Of a stretch of 64,000 nt of DNA, positions 21,501-32,975 are shown piece by piece. The notes below the pieces were generated by a model. It was not told the origin of the DNA and ran no database searches. It worked only from the letters and a program-made list of their open reading frames with translations. The stretch's first letter is position 1. Each line of letters begins with the position of its first letter. Made by a program: the position numbers and the translations under genes. Origin of the DNA: a virus; IMG/VR virus record IMGVR_UViG_3300045988_174698, one strand, 5' to 3'.

Positions 21501-23720
21501 TGAACAAAAAAGAGTATATAAATATTCTTTAGATGGGGAGTTTTTACAATCGTATAAAAGTATAAATGAAGCGGCTTTAAGTTTAGTAACTAATTCTGAT
21601 CTTTATACTATTATAAAGAGTATTAGAAATAATTGTTTGGGATACTCATCTTCAGCATACAACTTCTTTTGAAGCTATAAAAAAGAATTTACTTATCATA
21701 GCAATAAAGTTCAAGTAGCTCAATACACTATTAGTGGTAAATTTATAAGACACTATAATAATATTACAGAAGCTGAACAAGAACTACAAATTAATACGAT
21801 CAAGCAGGCTATTAGTAAAAAGTGTTTAGCTGGTGGGTTTCAATGAAGAGTTTATAACAAAGATGATTCTGATATAAATAGCTATTATACAAATAGTATT
21901 AAAAACAATAGTACCCCAATAGTAATGATAAGTCTTGATGGTAAAATTACTAAGAATTATTCTTCAATAAATGAGTGCGCTATGGAAAATAATTTAAGTA
22001 GTTCTCAGATTAACAGAGTGTTAAAAAATATAATACGCAGTCATAAAGGATTTAAATTTAAATATATTTAACAAAGATAATGATATAGTCTGGTTTAATT
22101 AGAAATAATTAAAGTTAAGAATAAGATGATTTTCCGTCTTGATCGGTCATTAGACCTAGAGTTCCCTAAGAAGGCTTATGGTATATTCCTTGACCTGACT
22201 ACAGATTCAAATGGTACTCCTGGTATTATGATGTTTACTTTCCGTGGCGGAGATATTATCCACAATGTTATTAGAGGCGTAAAAAGAAATTATTCTGCCT
22301 GCGCCGCATAATAGTGATATTATGAAAAATAAAATTTCCTTAATTGCTGGAAACCTGTTAAATGGCAATCAGCAGCTAAGCGTTAGAATATGCAAGCGTA
22401 ATTACGAAGCTCTAACGAAAGTTCAACGACTAGTCTGGAAGACTTAGATTAAAAAATTAATCGAAATGGGAAATAACTTAAAAACAATAGTATATTTAAC
22501 AACTAATATAATTAATAAAAAGATATATGTTGGAGTTCATGATACTGAAACTCCAGAGATCTTTGATGGATACATTGGTAATGGAATTAATATTAATTAT
22601 CCATCTTCTAATAGACATCCCTCATGTCCGTTTCACTATGCTGTGAAAAAATATGGATTTGATAATTTTATAAGATCTACTATAAAGGTATTTGATAATA
22701 GAGAGGATGCTCTCAAATTAGAGAAATTAATAGTAGATGATAAATTTATAGCGAGAAAAGATACTTATAATATAGTAATTGGTGGGGGAGATCCTCCAAA
22801 AAATGCAATACCTGTATATCAATATGATTTAAATGGCACTTTTATAAGAAAATATAATTCTATTTTTGAGGCGAGCAAATTGGTTAATGGTGCTGCAGGT
22901 ATAAGATCTGCCATAAATTATAAAACTACTAGTGGAGGGTATTTATGGAGTGATATATATATAGAATCTTTAGATCCAAATATGTATTACATAGTAGATC
23001 AAAAAAAGGAAATATATTTATATCACACAAATGGAATTTTGTACAAGAAATTTAATTCAATATCTGAGACTTTAAAGGAATTAAAAGTTAGTCTCGGTCC
23101 AGTACAAAGAGCCATTATAACGAAAACAAAGATCAAAGGATATTATATTAGTGATACATTATTAGAAAAATTTATACCAATCAGATACAAAAAACATAAT
23201 ACTGGTGTATATCAGTATAGTTTGGATGGAGAGTATTTAAATTACTATAAGAGCTGTTTAGAAGTAGCAAGATTACTTGGAAAACAGTATAATAGTATAT
23301 CTCATTGTATACGACTTGGTAAACCGTGTGGTGGTTACCAGTGGTCTTGAGAAAAAGTAGAAAAAATGGCTCCTTACAAAGTTACAATAAAAACTAGAAA
23401 AGTTGGTCAGTTTACTTTAGATGGTAAATTGGTAAAAACATATAATACTGTTAGAGAGTGTAGAAAGGAATTTGGAAATGTAAGTAGAGTTTTAAAAGGA
23501 TTGGTTAATAAATGTAAAGGATATACTTTTAAATATATAGATTAAGTTAGTGATATAGTCTAATCTTATACGAAAGTGTAAGTCCACATGGGGTGGAAAA
23601 AGCGGACTTGAGTCTGGTGAAGTTTCGAGTCCAGTTGCTGGAGCCAAGATTGTTAACTGGGGCTATCATGGAGTAGGTGTGATGAATCCCTATCGTTCTG
23701 CAATCCTTGAAGAAGTTTAA
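18583..23720 (+). CDS. conserved virion gene (candidate major capsid protein, ~493 aa mature) interrupted by four group I introns
   Basis: Proposed exons are 18583-19142, 20136-20410, 20615-20946, ~22120-22309 and ~23593-23720. They sum to 1482 nt (494 codons). I chose the junctions from P1 U-G pairing, codon phase and a terminal G. Exon 5 reads ...GKSGLESGEVSSPVAGAKIVNWGYHGVGVMNPYRSAILEEV and ends at TAA 23718-23720. The capsid identity rests on position and size only. Confidence 0.5.
19143..20135 (+). mobile_element. group I self-splicing intron 1 with GIY-YIG homing endonuclease gene
   Basis: Core elements are P (TTAATTGCTGGAAAC, 19166), Q (CAATCAGCAGCC), R (GTTCAACGACTAT), and S (AAGATATAGTCT) near 20065. 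The P1 hairpin ACTATAAT-GCGA-GTTATAGT puts a U-G pair at the 5' splice site. The 3' end is set by phase and a terminal G (...GCATAG). Confidence 0.65.
19328..20056 (+). CDS. GIY-YIG homing endonuclease (intron-encoded, ~242 aa; 1 TGA=Trp)
   Basis: KYLVYLTYCITSKKYYIGVH...YIGNG...NIKLGG are GIY-YIG motifs. The C-terminal NUMOD-like modules end ...NGYRFKYIE. The track ORF 19328-19849 continues 69 codons through TGA. Confidence 0.8.
20411..20614 (+). mobile_element. ORF-less minimal group I intron 2 (~204 nt)
   Basis: Core elements are P-like AATTCAGGGAAAGC, Q-like CAATCCTGAGCG, R GTGCAACGACTAG and S GAAGATATAGTCTGA. P1 pairs exon ATGCTT with GAGCAT, giving a U-G pair at 20410. In-frame TAG/TAA/TGA sit at the intron start and an in-frame TAG at 20608-20610. 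Confidence 0.55.
20947..22119 (+). mobile_element. group I intron 3 with GIY-YIG homing endonuclease gene
   Basis: P1 is CAGCT-TAGA-GGCTG with a U-G pair at 20946. P is at 20975 (TTAATTGCTGGAAACTCC), followed by Q CAATCAGCAGCG, R GTTCAACGACTAG and S TGATATAGTCTGG near 22080. An in-frame TAA lies at 22096-22098. The 3' end is approximate (22119 or 22125). Confidence 0.65.
21169..22071 (+). CDS. GIY-YIG homing endonuclease (intron-encoded, ~300 aa; 2 TGA=Trp)
   Basis: KYIVYVTVNLCNGKLYFGVH...YIGCG carries the GIY-YIG motifs. Repeated NUMOD-like modules include AGGFQ-W-RVY with TGA at the Trp position. It ends ...KGFKFKYI at TAA 22069-22071. Confidence 0.8.
22310..23592 (+). mobile_element. group I intron 4 with GIY-YIG homing endonuclease gene
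   Basis: In-frame TAA-TAG-TGA lie at the 5' end. P is at 22340 (TTAATTGCTGGAAACC), followed by Q CAATCAGCAGCT, R GTTCAACGACTAG and S GTGATATAGTCTAATC near 23549. The 3' end is placed by phase and a terminal G (23592 or 23595). Boundaries are +/-10 nt. Confidence 0.55.
22466..23545 (+). CDS. GIY-YIG homing endonuclease (intron-encoded, ~359 aa; 1 TGA=Trp)
   Basis: TIVYLTTNIINKKIYVGVH...YIGNG carries the GIY-YIG motifs. Four tandem NUMOD-like modules include GGYLWSD (TGG) and GGYQWS-W-EK (TGA). It ends ...KGYTFKYID at TAA 23543-23545. Confidence 0.8.
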
Positions 23721-23762
23721 TATTTGATATTACAAGTAATATAAAAGATATATTAATTTTAG

Positions 23763-23800
23763 AGTACTCCCTAATTTAGGGAGTACTTCTAAAACTTTTT
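23763..23800 (+). terminator. rho-independent terminator after the spliced gene
   Basis: The hairpin GAGTACTCCCTAATTTAGGGAGTACT is followed by TCTAAAACTTTTT. Confidence 0.5.
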
Positions 23801-23835
23801 AGATAAAAAATTTATTTCAAAGACAAAAAAAAATA

Positions 23836-24648
23836 ATGAATAAAATAACTCTTAAGAATGTATATGGGAGGGAGAAGAAGTATTATCTTCAACCTATGAA
23901 ACAAAAGAACGGAACGAACTTTCCTTTTGTAAAGAAAGTTAGATATAATGAACATGGAGATAGCGAAATGATTTTAAGTCCTGATGAACTTAATGATCCT
24001 GAAAGAGATTATTTCATTCCAGAGGATGAACTTATTGAGATATATAGTGGGCGTACTTTTAACCTAGATGACCCATATGAACGTAACCTTTGGAAATGTA
24101 TTGAAACAAATCCTGTAATTGCACCAGAAAGAACAGCTAAAGATAAGTATGGCAATTATCTTATTGATGGTACACAGGAAAGATACGGTCGAGCAGATTT
24201 TTATGTTGAACGAGAGGGAGAAGTTTCAAAGAGAAGAGTCTCACGTATTCAGCTTGTTACAAAAGCATTTGTATTCATTGAGAATGATTCTCCTGCGGGG
24301 CGCATTACTAAGTGTAAACTTTTAGGTAAAGCTATGAGAAATGCACCTGATACTGATGTACAAGATTATTTATATAGCCGTGCACAAAAGAATCCTCAAG
24401 AAATCATTGACCTATATACTGGGTCGGATCAAGCACTGAAACTTCTAATCATTGATGCAAAAGATAAAAATATTATTACCAATCAGAGTGGAATTTGGAT
24501 GTTTAGTGAAACTATGTTAGGAGCAACAGATGAAGCTATTATCATGTACTTAAAAAATCCAGAGAATCAGAATATTTATGATTCAATTAAGAATCTTACT
24601 TTCCCTGATATGGTAGTAAAAAGGACCGCAAAAGAAAAAACAAAATAG
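23836..24648 (+). CDS. hypothetical virion-module protein (270 aa)
   Basis: Intact ORF in the track. Confidence 0.55.
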   Translation: MNKITLKNVYGREKKYYLQPMKQKNGTNFPFVKKVRYNEHGDSEMILSPDELNDPERDYFIPEDELIEIYSGRTFNLDDPYERNLWKCIETNPVIAPERTAKDKYGNYLIDGTQERYGRADFYVEREGEVSKRRVSRIQLVTKAFVFIENDSPAGRITKCKLLGKAMRNAPDTDVQDYLYSRAQKNPQEIIDLYTGSDQALKLLIIDAKDKNIITNQSGIWMFSETMLGATDEAIIMYLKNPENQNIYDSIKNLTFPDMVVKRTAKEKTK

Positions 24649-24678
24649 AATATTATATAATTTTATTAAACAAGTAGA

Positions 24679-25533
24679 ATGACACTTAGGAACGTTTACG
24701 AATTCGCTTTAGTAGAATGCAACAAGTTAAAAGCTCCTTCTATTTTATTAGAAGATTTTATATACTTGTTTAATAAAGCTATTCAACAATATGTAAATAG
24801 TGTATACAATAGAGCTGAATATAATCAACAAAGTTCAGATGATATTGGGTTTTTACAAACTACTGCTACTATAACAGTTGGAGAAGTTACTCCAAAGCAA
24901 GAATTTAATGATACAATTTGAGAGTTAGAATTACCAAAAGATTACGTACACTTACTTAATTGTATGGCAGAGTTTGTTGGTAGTGATTCAAAATCTAGAT
25001 GTGGGAATGGTATTTTAAAAACTATTACCTCCCCATGTCAAAGATTAACAGCAGATATGTACCCTGGTATTATTAATAATTATTATATGAGACCTTCTCA
25101 TAAAAAACCTTATTATTATATTATTAATCATAATACTGAGAGTCAAACTCCAACAAATCCAAACATGGATGCAGAATTTGGATACAATCCAGAATTTATT
25201 GGAGAAAATGAATATCGTTTCTATGCATTAAAGCCTAATGAAAGTAGAGTTGTAAACCAGTCTATTGTAAAAATTGAGATACATAGTGGAGATTCTCAAT
25301 GAACATTAAATAAGTTATATGTTACTTATTTAAAATCTCCAAAGTATTACTCAATGACACAAGACCAGATATTAGCTATAATCGATGATACACCAATTTT
25401 GGAATTTCCTGATTATGTGTGTTACGAAATAATCAACATTTATGTTAGGTTATTTTTAGAAAATGCAAGTGATCCAAGATTACAAACAAATATTCCTATT
25501 AATCAGACTATAGCTGTACCTGGAAGTAAATAA
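24679..25533 (+). CDS. hypothetical virion-module protein (~284 aa; 2 TGA=Trp)
   Basis: Track ORFs 24679 and 24964 share a frame. I counted codons through the two TGAs to TAA at about 25531-25533. Confidence 0.55.
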
Positions 25534-25558
25534 TTATTAATTTAAAATTTAGAAAAAT

Positions 25559-26674
25559 ATGTGGAATTTTCAAAAAGAAGTAGTACTTAACAGTCTTGAT
25601 AATGTTGAGGTTGTAGAAGGTACAGATAAAGGTCTTGGTAAACCTGCAATTGATAAAAAAGTACGCTTCCATGATGGAGGTGAGTATTTTGCTAAGTATA
25701 TTGTAGATCACAAGATTTATGAAACTGATCCTATTACAGGAACTAACTTTAAGTTAGTTTTACATGCTCCCTCTGCTATTCTAGGACAACATGTACAGAT
25801 TTTAATTGAGCTTGGGCTTGATAATGACTACCGTGGAGATTATGGCTCAGCTCTTTGGTATTTTCGTAAGCCGATTTTAGTAGATGTTGTTCTTCCAGAA
25901 CATAATGAAGCAGCTGCTAAAGTTATTTACGATGCTATTACAGCTGCTATTCCTGAAGAATATAAATTTGTTAATACATCTTATTCAGGTGGTAATGTAA
26001 CTATTGATGGATCTGATTCTTATCAAAAAGTACGGAAGGTTGTTATTAGTCGTTATGATTGTGATGAACGTTGTGCTGGAAGTTCAGAAGAGCCTGTAGA
26101 AATTGTTAATGTGTCCGCAGGTGCTCTTAAGAAAGGTAATGATTATGTTACATATACTCCAAACAATGTTGAATTTGGTACCTATGAATACCTTCTTCAT
26201 AATCTACGCCTTCCAACTTATGCAAATCTTCGTTTTACTTCACCTTCTGCTCCAGAAATGCCTGTTCCAGGTGTTAAGTATACTCAGTTTAGCTTTGCCT
26301 ATTGTGTTCCTCGTGGAATTCATTTTGGAGGTTTATCAGTTGCTGGTCAGACAAATCATTCGACAACATTACATACTTTCTTTGTAGCTTCTTCCTTAGT
26401 AACAGAATTTAAGAAAAAGTTCAAAGAGATTGGTTTTGTAGATGATGACTTTGAAACTATTGGTAGAAATGACGGTCAGCACGAAATTACTATTCTTCCT
26501 GATGCTTATGCTTCATCACAAGATTTAGCAAATGCAGCTGCAATTAAGGCAAATAGTGATGCTGATGCAGATCTCAAATCTAAGGTTAAGGAAAACCGAT
26601 CTGCAATTAAGAAAGCCCACGCCGCCGAAGGAGCTGATCCAAGTGAGGCTCAAGGACTTGAAGATATAGAATAA
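25559..26674 (+). CDS. hypothetical structural protein (371 aa; alternative capsid/head-decoration candidate)
   Basis: Intact ORF with no TGA, of a size compatible with a capsid-associated protein. Confidence 0.55.
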   Translation: MWNFQKEVVLNSLDNVEVVEGTDKGLGKPAIDKKVRFHDGGEYFAKYIVDHKIYETDPITGTNFKLVLHAPSAILGQHVQILIELGLDNDYRGDYGSALWYFRKPILVDVVLPEHNEAAAKVIYDAITAAIPEEYKFVNTSYSGGNVTIDGSDSYQKVRKVVISRYDCDERCAGSSEEPVEIVNVSAGALKKGNDYVTYTPNNVEFGTYEYLLHNLRLPTYANLRFTSPSAPEMPVPGVKYTQFSFAYCVPRGIHFGGLSVAGQTNHSTTLHTFFVASSLVTEFKKKFKEIGFVDDDFETIGRNDGQHEITILPDAYASSQDLANAAAIKANSDADADLKSKVKENRSAIKKAHAAEGADPSEAQGLEDIE

Positions 26675-26675
26675 T

Positions 26676-26909
26676 ATGTCTAAGTTCGTTGTTTCAGCTA
26701 CTATAGATGATCCTAGCCTTAAAGCAGATGCTACTTTTGAGTATAGGGTTACAGATAATAGAAACTATATTATTGATAAATATGGAGGAGTTGAAGCAAA
26801 ACCTGGTTATACACCTCAAATAGGAGATAAGTATACAGTAGAAACTTTATATAGATCTAATGAAGGATATATATATAAGTCATATAAAACTTTTACTGTA
26901 AAAATATAA
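26676..26909 (+). CDS. small hypothetical protein (77 aa)
   Basis: Intact ORF, followed by a terminator. Confidence 0.5.
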   Translation: MSKFVVSATIDDPSLKADATFEYRVTDNRNYIIDKYGGVEAKPGYTPQIGDKYTVETLYRSNEGYIYKSYKTFTVKI

Positions 26910-26922
26910 TATCAATACAGAT

Positions 26923-26955
26923 AGCGGGGTGGGAGTTAATCCCGTCCCGCTTAAT
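26923..26955 (+). terminator. rho-independent terminator candidate
   Basis: The hairpin GCGGGGTGGGAGTTAATCCCGTCCCGC (with G-U pairs) is followed by TTAATTTTAT. Confidence 0.45.
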
Positions 26956-26962
26956 TTTATAT

Positions 26963-27643
26963 ATGTATATTATGACACTACAACAAATATCTAGTGCAGT
27001 TTATAACTCTGTTGTTGGAGGATTAACAGGCATAACTTCAAATCCTAAGATTTCTATAGAACAATTAGAAGATGAAGTTGTTGCAGAGCGCAATCAAGTT
27101 ATGAGAGAGTATTTATTAAAAGGAGTTTTAACATTAGATGAATTATTTCTTGCAATTAATTGTGTAGAAGTTAATTGTGATTATATGTCTAAGTGCTGTG
27201 AGCTTCAAATTGGAGAAAAAGCTTTACATTTTGAAATACCACCTATTATCTATATTAAAGGAGTTGATACAATTAGGTTTATAGGTAGTATTGATAGAAA
27301 TATAAAGTATAATGTTTATACAGATGAGTCTTATAGATTTCATAAGCATCGTAGGAGAGGAGCTCAAAGTCCCTATGTGTATGTAGACACTGCAATTAAT
27401 TCCAATGGTAATATGGATGGATATATATTTAATGTTCCTTTTGTTAAATATATTTCTATTATAGCTTTATTTCAAGATCCTAGAAAGTTATTAGAGTGAG
27501 ATTGCTGCTCTGAAGATCCTAATACGTACCTAGATTGTGGAATCTTAAGTAATGAAATTATACGTAGAATGACTGAGAAATATGTAAGATGGTTCCGTCA
27601 ACTTGCAAGTCCCGTTACACCTAATGATCAACAACCTCGATAA
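26963..27643 (+). CDS. hypothetical protein (~226 aa; 1 TGA=Trp)
   Basis: Track ORF 26963-27499 continues 48 codons to TAA. Confidence 0.5.
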
Positions 27644-27645
27644 CT

Positions 27646-28335
27646 ATGAACAGAAATAATTTTAAATCAGTATATTCTCAAGCATATATTTTATATGGCA
27701 CATCAATAGATACTACAAATTTTGAGGATATTTGCTTAAATGGATGAGAATTAATTGGAAATAGGCAAACTAGTTTATATAAATATACTACTCATACACA
27801 AGATAGAAAAATTAAGTTACCATGTAATGTAGAATTTATTGAAGCTGTATTTGGAAGACGTATGGATGCTCAAACTACTAACGATTACAGTGTATACCCT
27901 AATGTTTACAATCAATGGGTTGAGGAGTATATTGAATCTTGAAAACGAGATAAAAGTGTTTTTTATAATAGTGGAGTATTACTTAAGTATCGACAAGAAG
28001 GGGATTATTTAGTATTTGATCAAGACTATGCAAATGTTACAATCCTCTACCATGGTATTATTGTTGATAAGGATGGACTACCGTATCTTACAGACAAAGA
28101 AGTACAAGCATTAGCTGCGTATTGTGCTTATATAGATATATATAAGAAAAGTTTAATTCAGAAGGATGGAAATTTATTTCAATTAGCAGCGGCTGTTAAG
28201 AATGATTGGTTACGTTTATGTAATTCTGCAAGAATTCCTGCACATTTATCTCAAAATGATATAAATAATGTATTAGATGTAAAAACTAGATGAGATCGTA
28301 AAATGTATGGGAAAAAATTCTCTCCTATATTATAA
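27646..28335 (+). CDS. hypothetical protein (~229 aa; 3 TGA=Trp)
   Basis: ATG 27646 opens a frame of 230 codons (counted) to TAA. It is absent from the track because of the TGAs. Confidence 0.45.
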
Positions 28336-28348
28336 AGCAAACAAAAGT

Positions 28349-28786
28349 ATGAATTATGGAATGTTTAAGCATGCATTTTCTGTAGAAGAAATTTATACAG
28401 GATTAAATAAAAAATTATTAAAGGGCAGATGAGTAAAAAATAGATATAAAAATCCAAAGCAACTTGCTGCAAAGATTTTTAAAGATTGTTTTTATGAGAT
28501 ATTATTGGATATTATTGAGAATAATGTTACCTTTGTATTGCCTCTTAAGTATGGTAATTATGCTGAAATTTATATGAAGCAATTTTCTGATGAAGAGTTT
28601 AAGAAACTCTATAAATATGGAAAGTTTAAAAATATAGACTATGTACTTTCTCAGTTTACAGGTAATGAATTAGTGTATAAGTATAGTACTAGAACAGTTG
28701 ATACTAAAGAAAAACCTATATATGTAAACAAGGAACTCAAAAAACTAATTGAGAAACACACAAACGAGGCTAAACAATATTATTAG
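28349..28786 (+). CDS. hypothetical protein (~146 aa; 1 TGA=Trp)
   Basis: ATG at about 28349, in frame with track ORF 28505-28786. Confidence 0.45.
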
Positions 28787-28787
28787 T

Positions 28788-29324
28788 ATGATTAAAGAAC
28801 TTGATGATTACTTAGATATATTAGAAAATAAATATCCACATATTTCTAGATATGAGCTTAAAAGAGTTTTAGAACATGGATTTCATACTTTTTACACATT
28901 AAATAAAAAAGGAGCTGACCTTCAAATACATAATAAAGATTACACTGCTTATTGTGGTAAGATGTTTATAGATAATCATAAACGAGCACTATATAATAAT
29001 ATTAAAACTAGAATAAAACTACGATTAAAGTATAAGTATATTCAGGAAGAATATAATGGTATATACTATTTTGGTCTTAGTGAAGCAGAATGGGAGTTTT
29101 ATCAATCTCAGATAACCTCAAAAAGGCGTAATAAAATCAAATTTACTAATCTGAAATTGTATAAAATAAAAGAAGAATGTTTCCTAGATAAATCAAAGAA
29201 ACACTTTTTTATACTATATTATCCTATTGATGTAGGATGGTTATTTACAGAAGAAACAATAACAACAAGAAACTTTAAACATTTTGCAGATAGAGATGTT
29301 AAAGGTAAGATTGTTACAATATAA
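28788..29324 (+). CDS. hypothetical basic protein (~178 aa; alternative start 28749)
   Basis: Track ORF 28749-29324. ATG 28788 avoids overlap with the upstream gene. Confidence 0.45.
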   Translation: MIKELDDYLDILENKYPHISRYELKRVLEHGFHTFYTLNKKGADLQIHNKDYTAYCGKMFIDNHKRALYNNIKTRIKLRLKYKYIQEEYNGIYYFGLSEAEWEFYQSQITSKRRNKIKFTNLKLYKIKEECFLDKSKKHFFILYYPIDVGWLFTEETITTRNFKHFADRDVKGKIVTI

Positions 29325-29330
29325 ACAATT

Positions 29331-32300
29331 ATGGATACAAAACAAGCACAAATTAATGTTTTCACAGAAGGACTTAATACAGATTTACATCCATTAACTA
29401 CCCCCAATAATATTTTGACTGACTGTATCAATGGCACAGTTATTACTTATAATGGAAATGAATTTATATTACAAAACGATATGGGTAATTATAAGCTTGA
29501 AAAAGCTAAATTACCTTCAGATTATATACCAGTAGGGGTTAAGGAATATGGGGGGATTATTTATATTGTTTCCTATAATCCTATTGATAAATTATGTCAG
29601 ATTGGTTCATATCCTTCCCCTCAAACATTGTTTGATAATAGTGATGACAAAAAAAACGAGCAAGATTACTTAGGGATTGAAATGAAACCTTTAGATGTTA
29701 GTGATCTTAATGCCCTATTTAATGATGAAATACCAGATAGTATACCAAAATATACAAAGTTATCGGAGTTACAAACTCTTGTTATATTAATGAATCCCGA
29801 AAAGATGCAAGATTTGTATCTTAATCCTGGAGATAAATACTGATTAGAAAAAAATGGAGACGAGAGTAGTACTTGAAAATTTCAATTTAGAAAGTACTAT
29901 TCGTTAAATGAGGATAAAAAACTATATGATATAACTAATAGTGTTGAAGAAAAGAATATTCCTTATACAGATTCTTCAAGTATGTCAAATGTAACATGGT
30001 CTTGTCCAGGATGAATATGTGCAAAACCTGAGTTATATAACATAGACTATTTTAATTTATATATAACAGATCTAGACTATCCTCGTTTAATCATAAATGA
30101 TCAAAAGAAGAAAAAATCTAGTGGTTGTGTATCTTTCTCTATTCAAACACAGACTCAAATATATAATAAAGATGTAGCAGATAGAATTAGTACTGTTTAT
30201 AGTAATATAGTTGGATATAAGCTTATATATGAAGACTCAACTATTAATGATAATTATTGAAACCTTATAGATGTTCATAATCTAAAAAAAACTGAGTATG
30301 ATAATTTAACTATTATAGGGTTAGATGGAAAATCTGGGGAGTGTATTCCATTATTAGAAGAATGTAATGAGAATTATCAAGAAGTAAATTCATCTAATAA
30401 AGAAGTTGAATATTCTAAATTAAAACAAATTGTAATCAAAGCTATTCCATATATACAAGATACAAAAAATAGTGAAAATCTTGGTTATATTTTTGACCAG
30501 TATACAGTTGAGTATGTTATTGATATTGATGATCTGCTAGAATCAACTGATATACAAATATTTGATACTTATAAGTATTTAATTAATGATTCTCAAGTAA
30601 ATATTAATATGAGTATTTTTACTCCTGTTAATAATTTATCTTCACTTGATAGTATTAAATTAAAAATATACTCAGTAGAGGCAAATGATACTAAGAACGG
30701 ATTCAAAAAAGGAACTTGTGTATTAGATTACAATAAAGATTTAAATTTATGAGGACAAAATCTTATATCTCTGGAATTTGATGATAACTTTAAAAAGGAA
30801 AATATTTATATATTATCAATAGAATCCTCAGATATACTTATAAGAGAACAGATTCTCATTACTTCTGAATTAATGAATAGTTTTTATAATAGGTATAATC
30901 AATACCAACTTATTTCAGGAGATGAGTGAATTGAAGGATTAATAGAGCATTTACAAGTTAGAAGTTCAACATTCTCCTCCACTACGGAAGAGTATGAAGA
31001 AGACAACGGATATTTCTTTGAAAATTCAATAAAAAGTATATTTGATGATTTTTGTTTACAGCTTGATGAAGATACATTATTTAAAAATAAAAATATTAAT
31101 GATATACAAACAACGGAAAATAATCCAGCTAAAAAATATAGTGGTTATTTAAAAAGAAAAACAATTAAAGGTAAACTAAATAAAGGAACTATAGAATGTG
31201 ATCTAGATACTGGAGATAGTATATGGTCTGATATATCTTATAATACTAAGATAACAAATAATAAACTTGTATACAATACTACCCAAGGAGATAATAACTC
31301 AGAGCTAATAGTTTTTGATAATTCATGATCTGAAGACAATATTAGTATAAAGAATTTAGTAGCTGATGGAGTTCTAATAGACTGAGAAGGTAAAATTCCT
31401 GTCGTAACTGCTAATCGTCAGTATTTACTTGAAAGTATACCCTGATATTTCTATTCTTTTAATAACATAGGTAATGAAGACAATGCCGTAAGGTGGATAC
31501 CCAAAGAACCTACAAATAAAGAAAGTAATTTAGATGGGTGAAAAAAGCTTAAAGAATATTCTACTATTGGGAAATATAGTGAAAATACAGCAAAGTTAGG
31601 TATAGCTTTTTCTAAGTATAATGAGACTCTTAGATGCTCCTTGGCCATTATTAACTTTTCAACTAAAGGTGGTTTATATGATGGAGCATGATCTGAAGGA
31701 TCAGCATCATTATTTGAATATGATGCCAACAAAGAAAATAAAGTAACTCCAACTTTTAGATTTACAAAAAATGATGCAACTAGTAACAGTGTGGAATGGG
31801 TATGAGAGTCAAGTAGTAGTGGACCAGGAAAAGAAGATTGGCGTACATTACTTCCTATTATGACTAAAAAACTTCAAGGAGCACATTTACCTTTATTTGT
31901 TCCTATACTATTTAGGCTTCATGGAAATTATGATGGTCCTGCTCCTGCTGGTGTGGGTTTTGGCTGAAGATTTCCAGATTGTACTGTAGTAGAAGATACA
32001 AATTGAATCAGCTGTGGAATAGGAGTTCTCTATTACTCAGAGAATATAAAAAGTTTTGGAGTAGCTTTATTACAGCTAGTAACTCCAGATAGTGGTAGTG
32101 TCGGAAAGGGGAAGTATATAAACGGCGGAGACGTAGATAACTCCAGTTCAACATATACTACTTTAAACACCATTGGAAAAACATGATTTAATAATAATTA
32201 TATTGCATCAATATTATTAGCAGTTAGTCTACATATATATTCTCTAAAGAATCTAAAGACTAAAAATGTATATTTGTTAACAGAATCTATATCTAATTTA

Positions 32301-32975
32301 TCTACTTCTATAAATGATGTTTTTCTAGAATTTAATAGAGAAGATAGAGTTGTTGATATTCAATATAATAGAGTCTCTTTATTAGATGCTAAAATTGATA
32401 TTGATTTTGAAGAATCAGGAAAGTACTCTAATGTAAACTTAAAAAATTTAGGAAGAATAACAGACCAAAAAATTGTTAAATCTAATAGTGTAAAAGTTGA
32501 AAATATAGAATGATATACTTTAGATAGTATAAACAATATAAACTTTAATTATCAAAGTTTATTTAATTTTATTGACGAGTCAAGAAATAAAATATTAGAA
32601 TATAGTAATGTCGACCCAAGTTCATTATTATGTGATTTACCAACCACACGAGATAATCCATTGTATAATTTTGCTCACGCATTAACTGCAATGTTAAAAG
32701 TACATAATGCGTCTAGTAACAATAATAATATTTATAATGATATAATTTGCAATAAAGATTTTACTACAGATGATATAGGTGGTGATGTTGCTCCTGCAAT
32801 GAGAGATGGAACTATTGGTAACTCTATACTTCCAACTATATCTATAATAAATGAATCGGATAGAATAACTATTTTAGAACCGCCTGAAACAATGGGCAGT
32901 AATATTGATTCTTTAATGCAAGTTACTCAGGAATTTAAAGAGACTTACAAGAGTATAACAACAGACATAACATAA
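29331..32975 (+). CDS. giant virion-associated protein (~1214 aa; ~15 TGA=Trp), function unknown
   Basis: Track ORFs 29331, 32274 and 32661 are all in frame 0. My read-through shows regular TGAs (checked at 30012, 30258, 30750, 30927, 31326, 31383, 31443, 31539 and 31689) and no TAA/TAG. I could not verify frame continuity unambiguously around a GGGG run near 31797-31817. Confidence 0.5.

Noticed and set aside
22099-22126. Exact 3' splice site of intron 3 and exact boundaries of intron 4
   Set aside because: Several phase-compatible G positions exist (22119/22125; 23592/23595). The P1 hairpin of intron 4 (CATAATA-GTGA-TATTATG) shows no U-G pair. I report approximate coordinates rather than a precise call.
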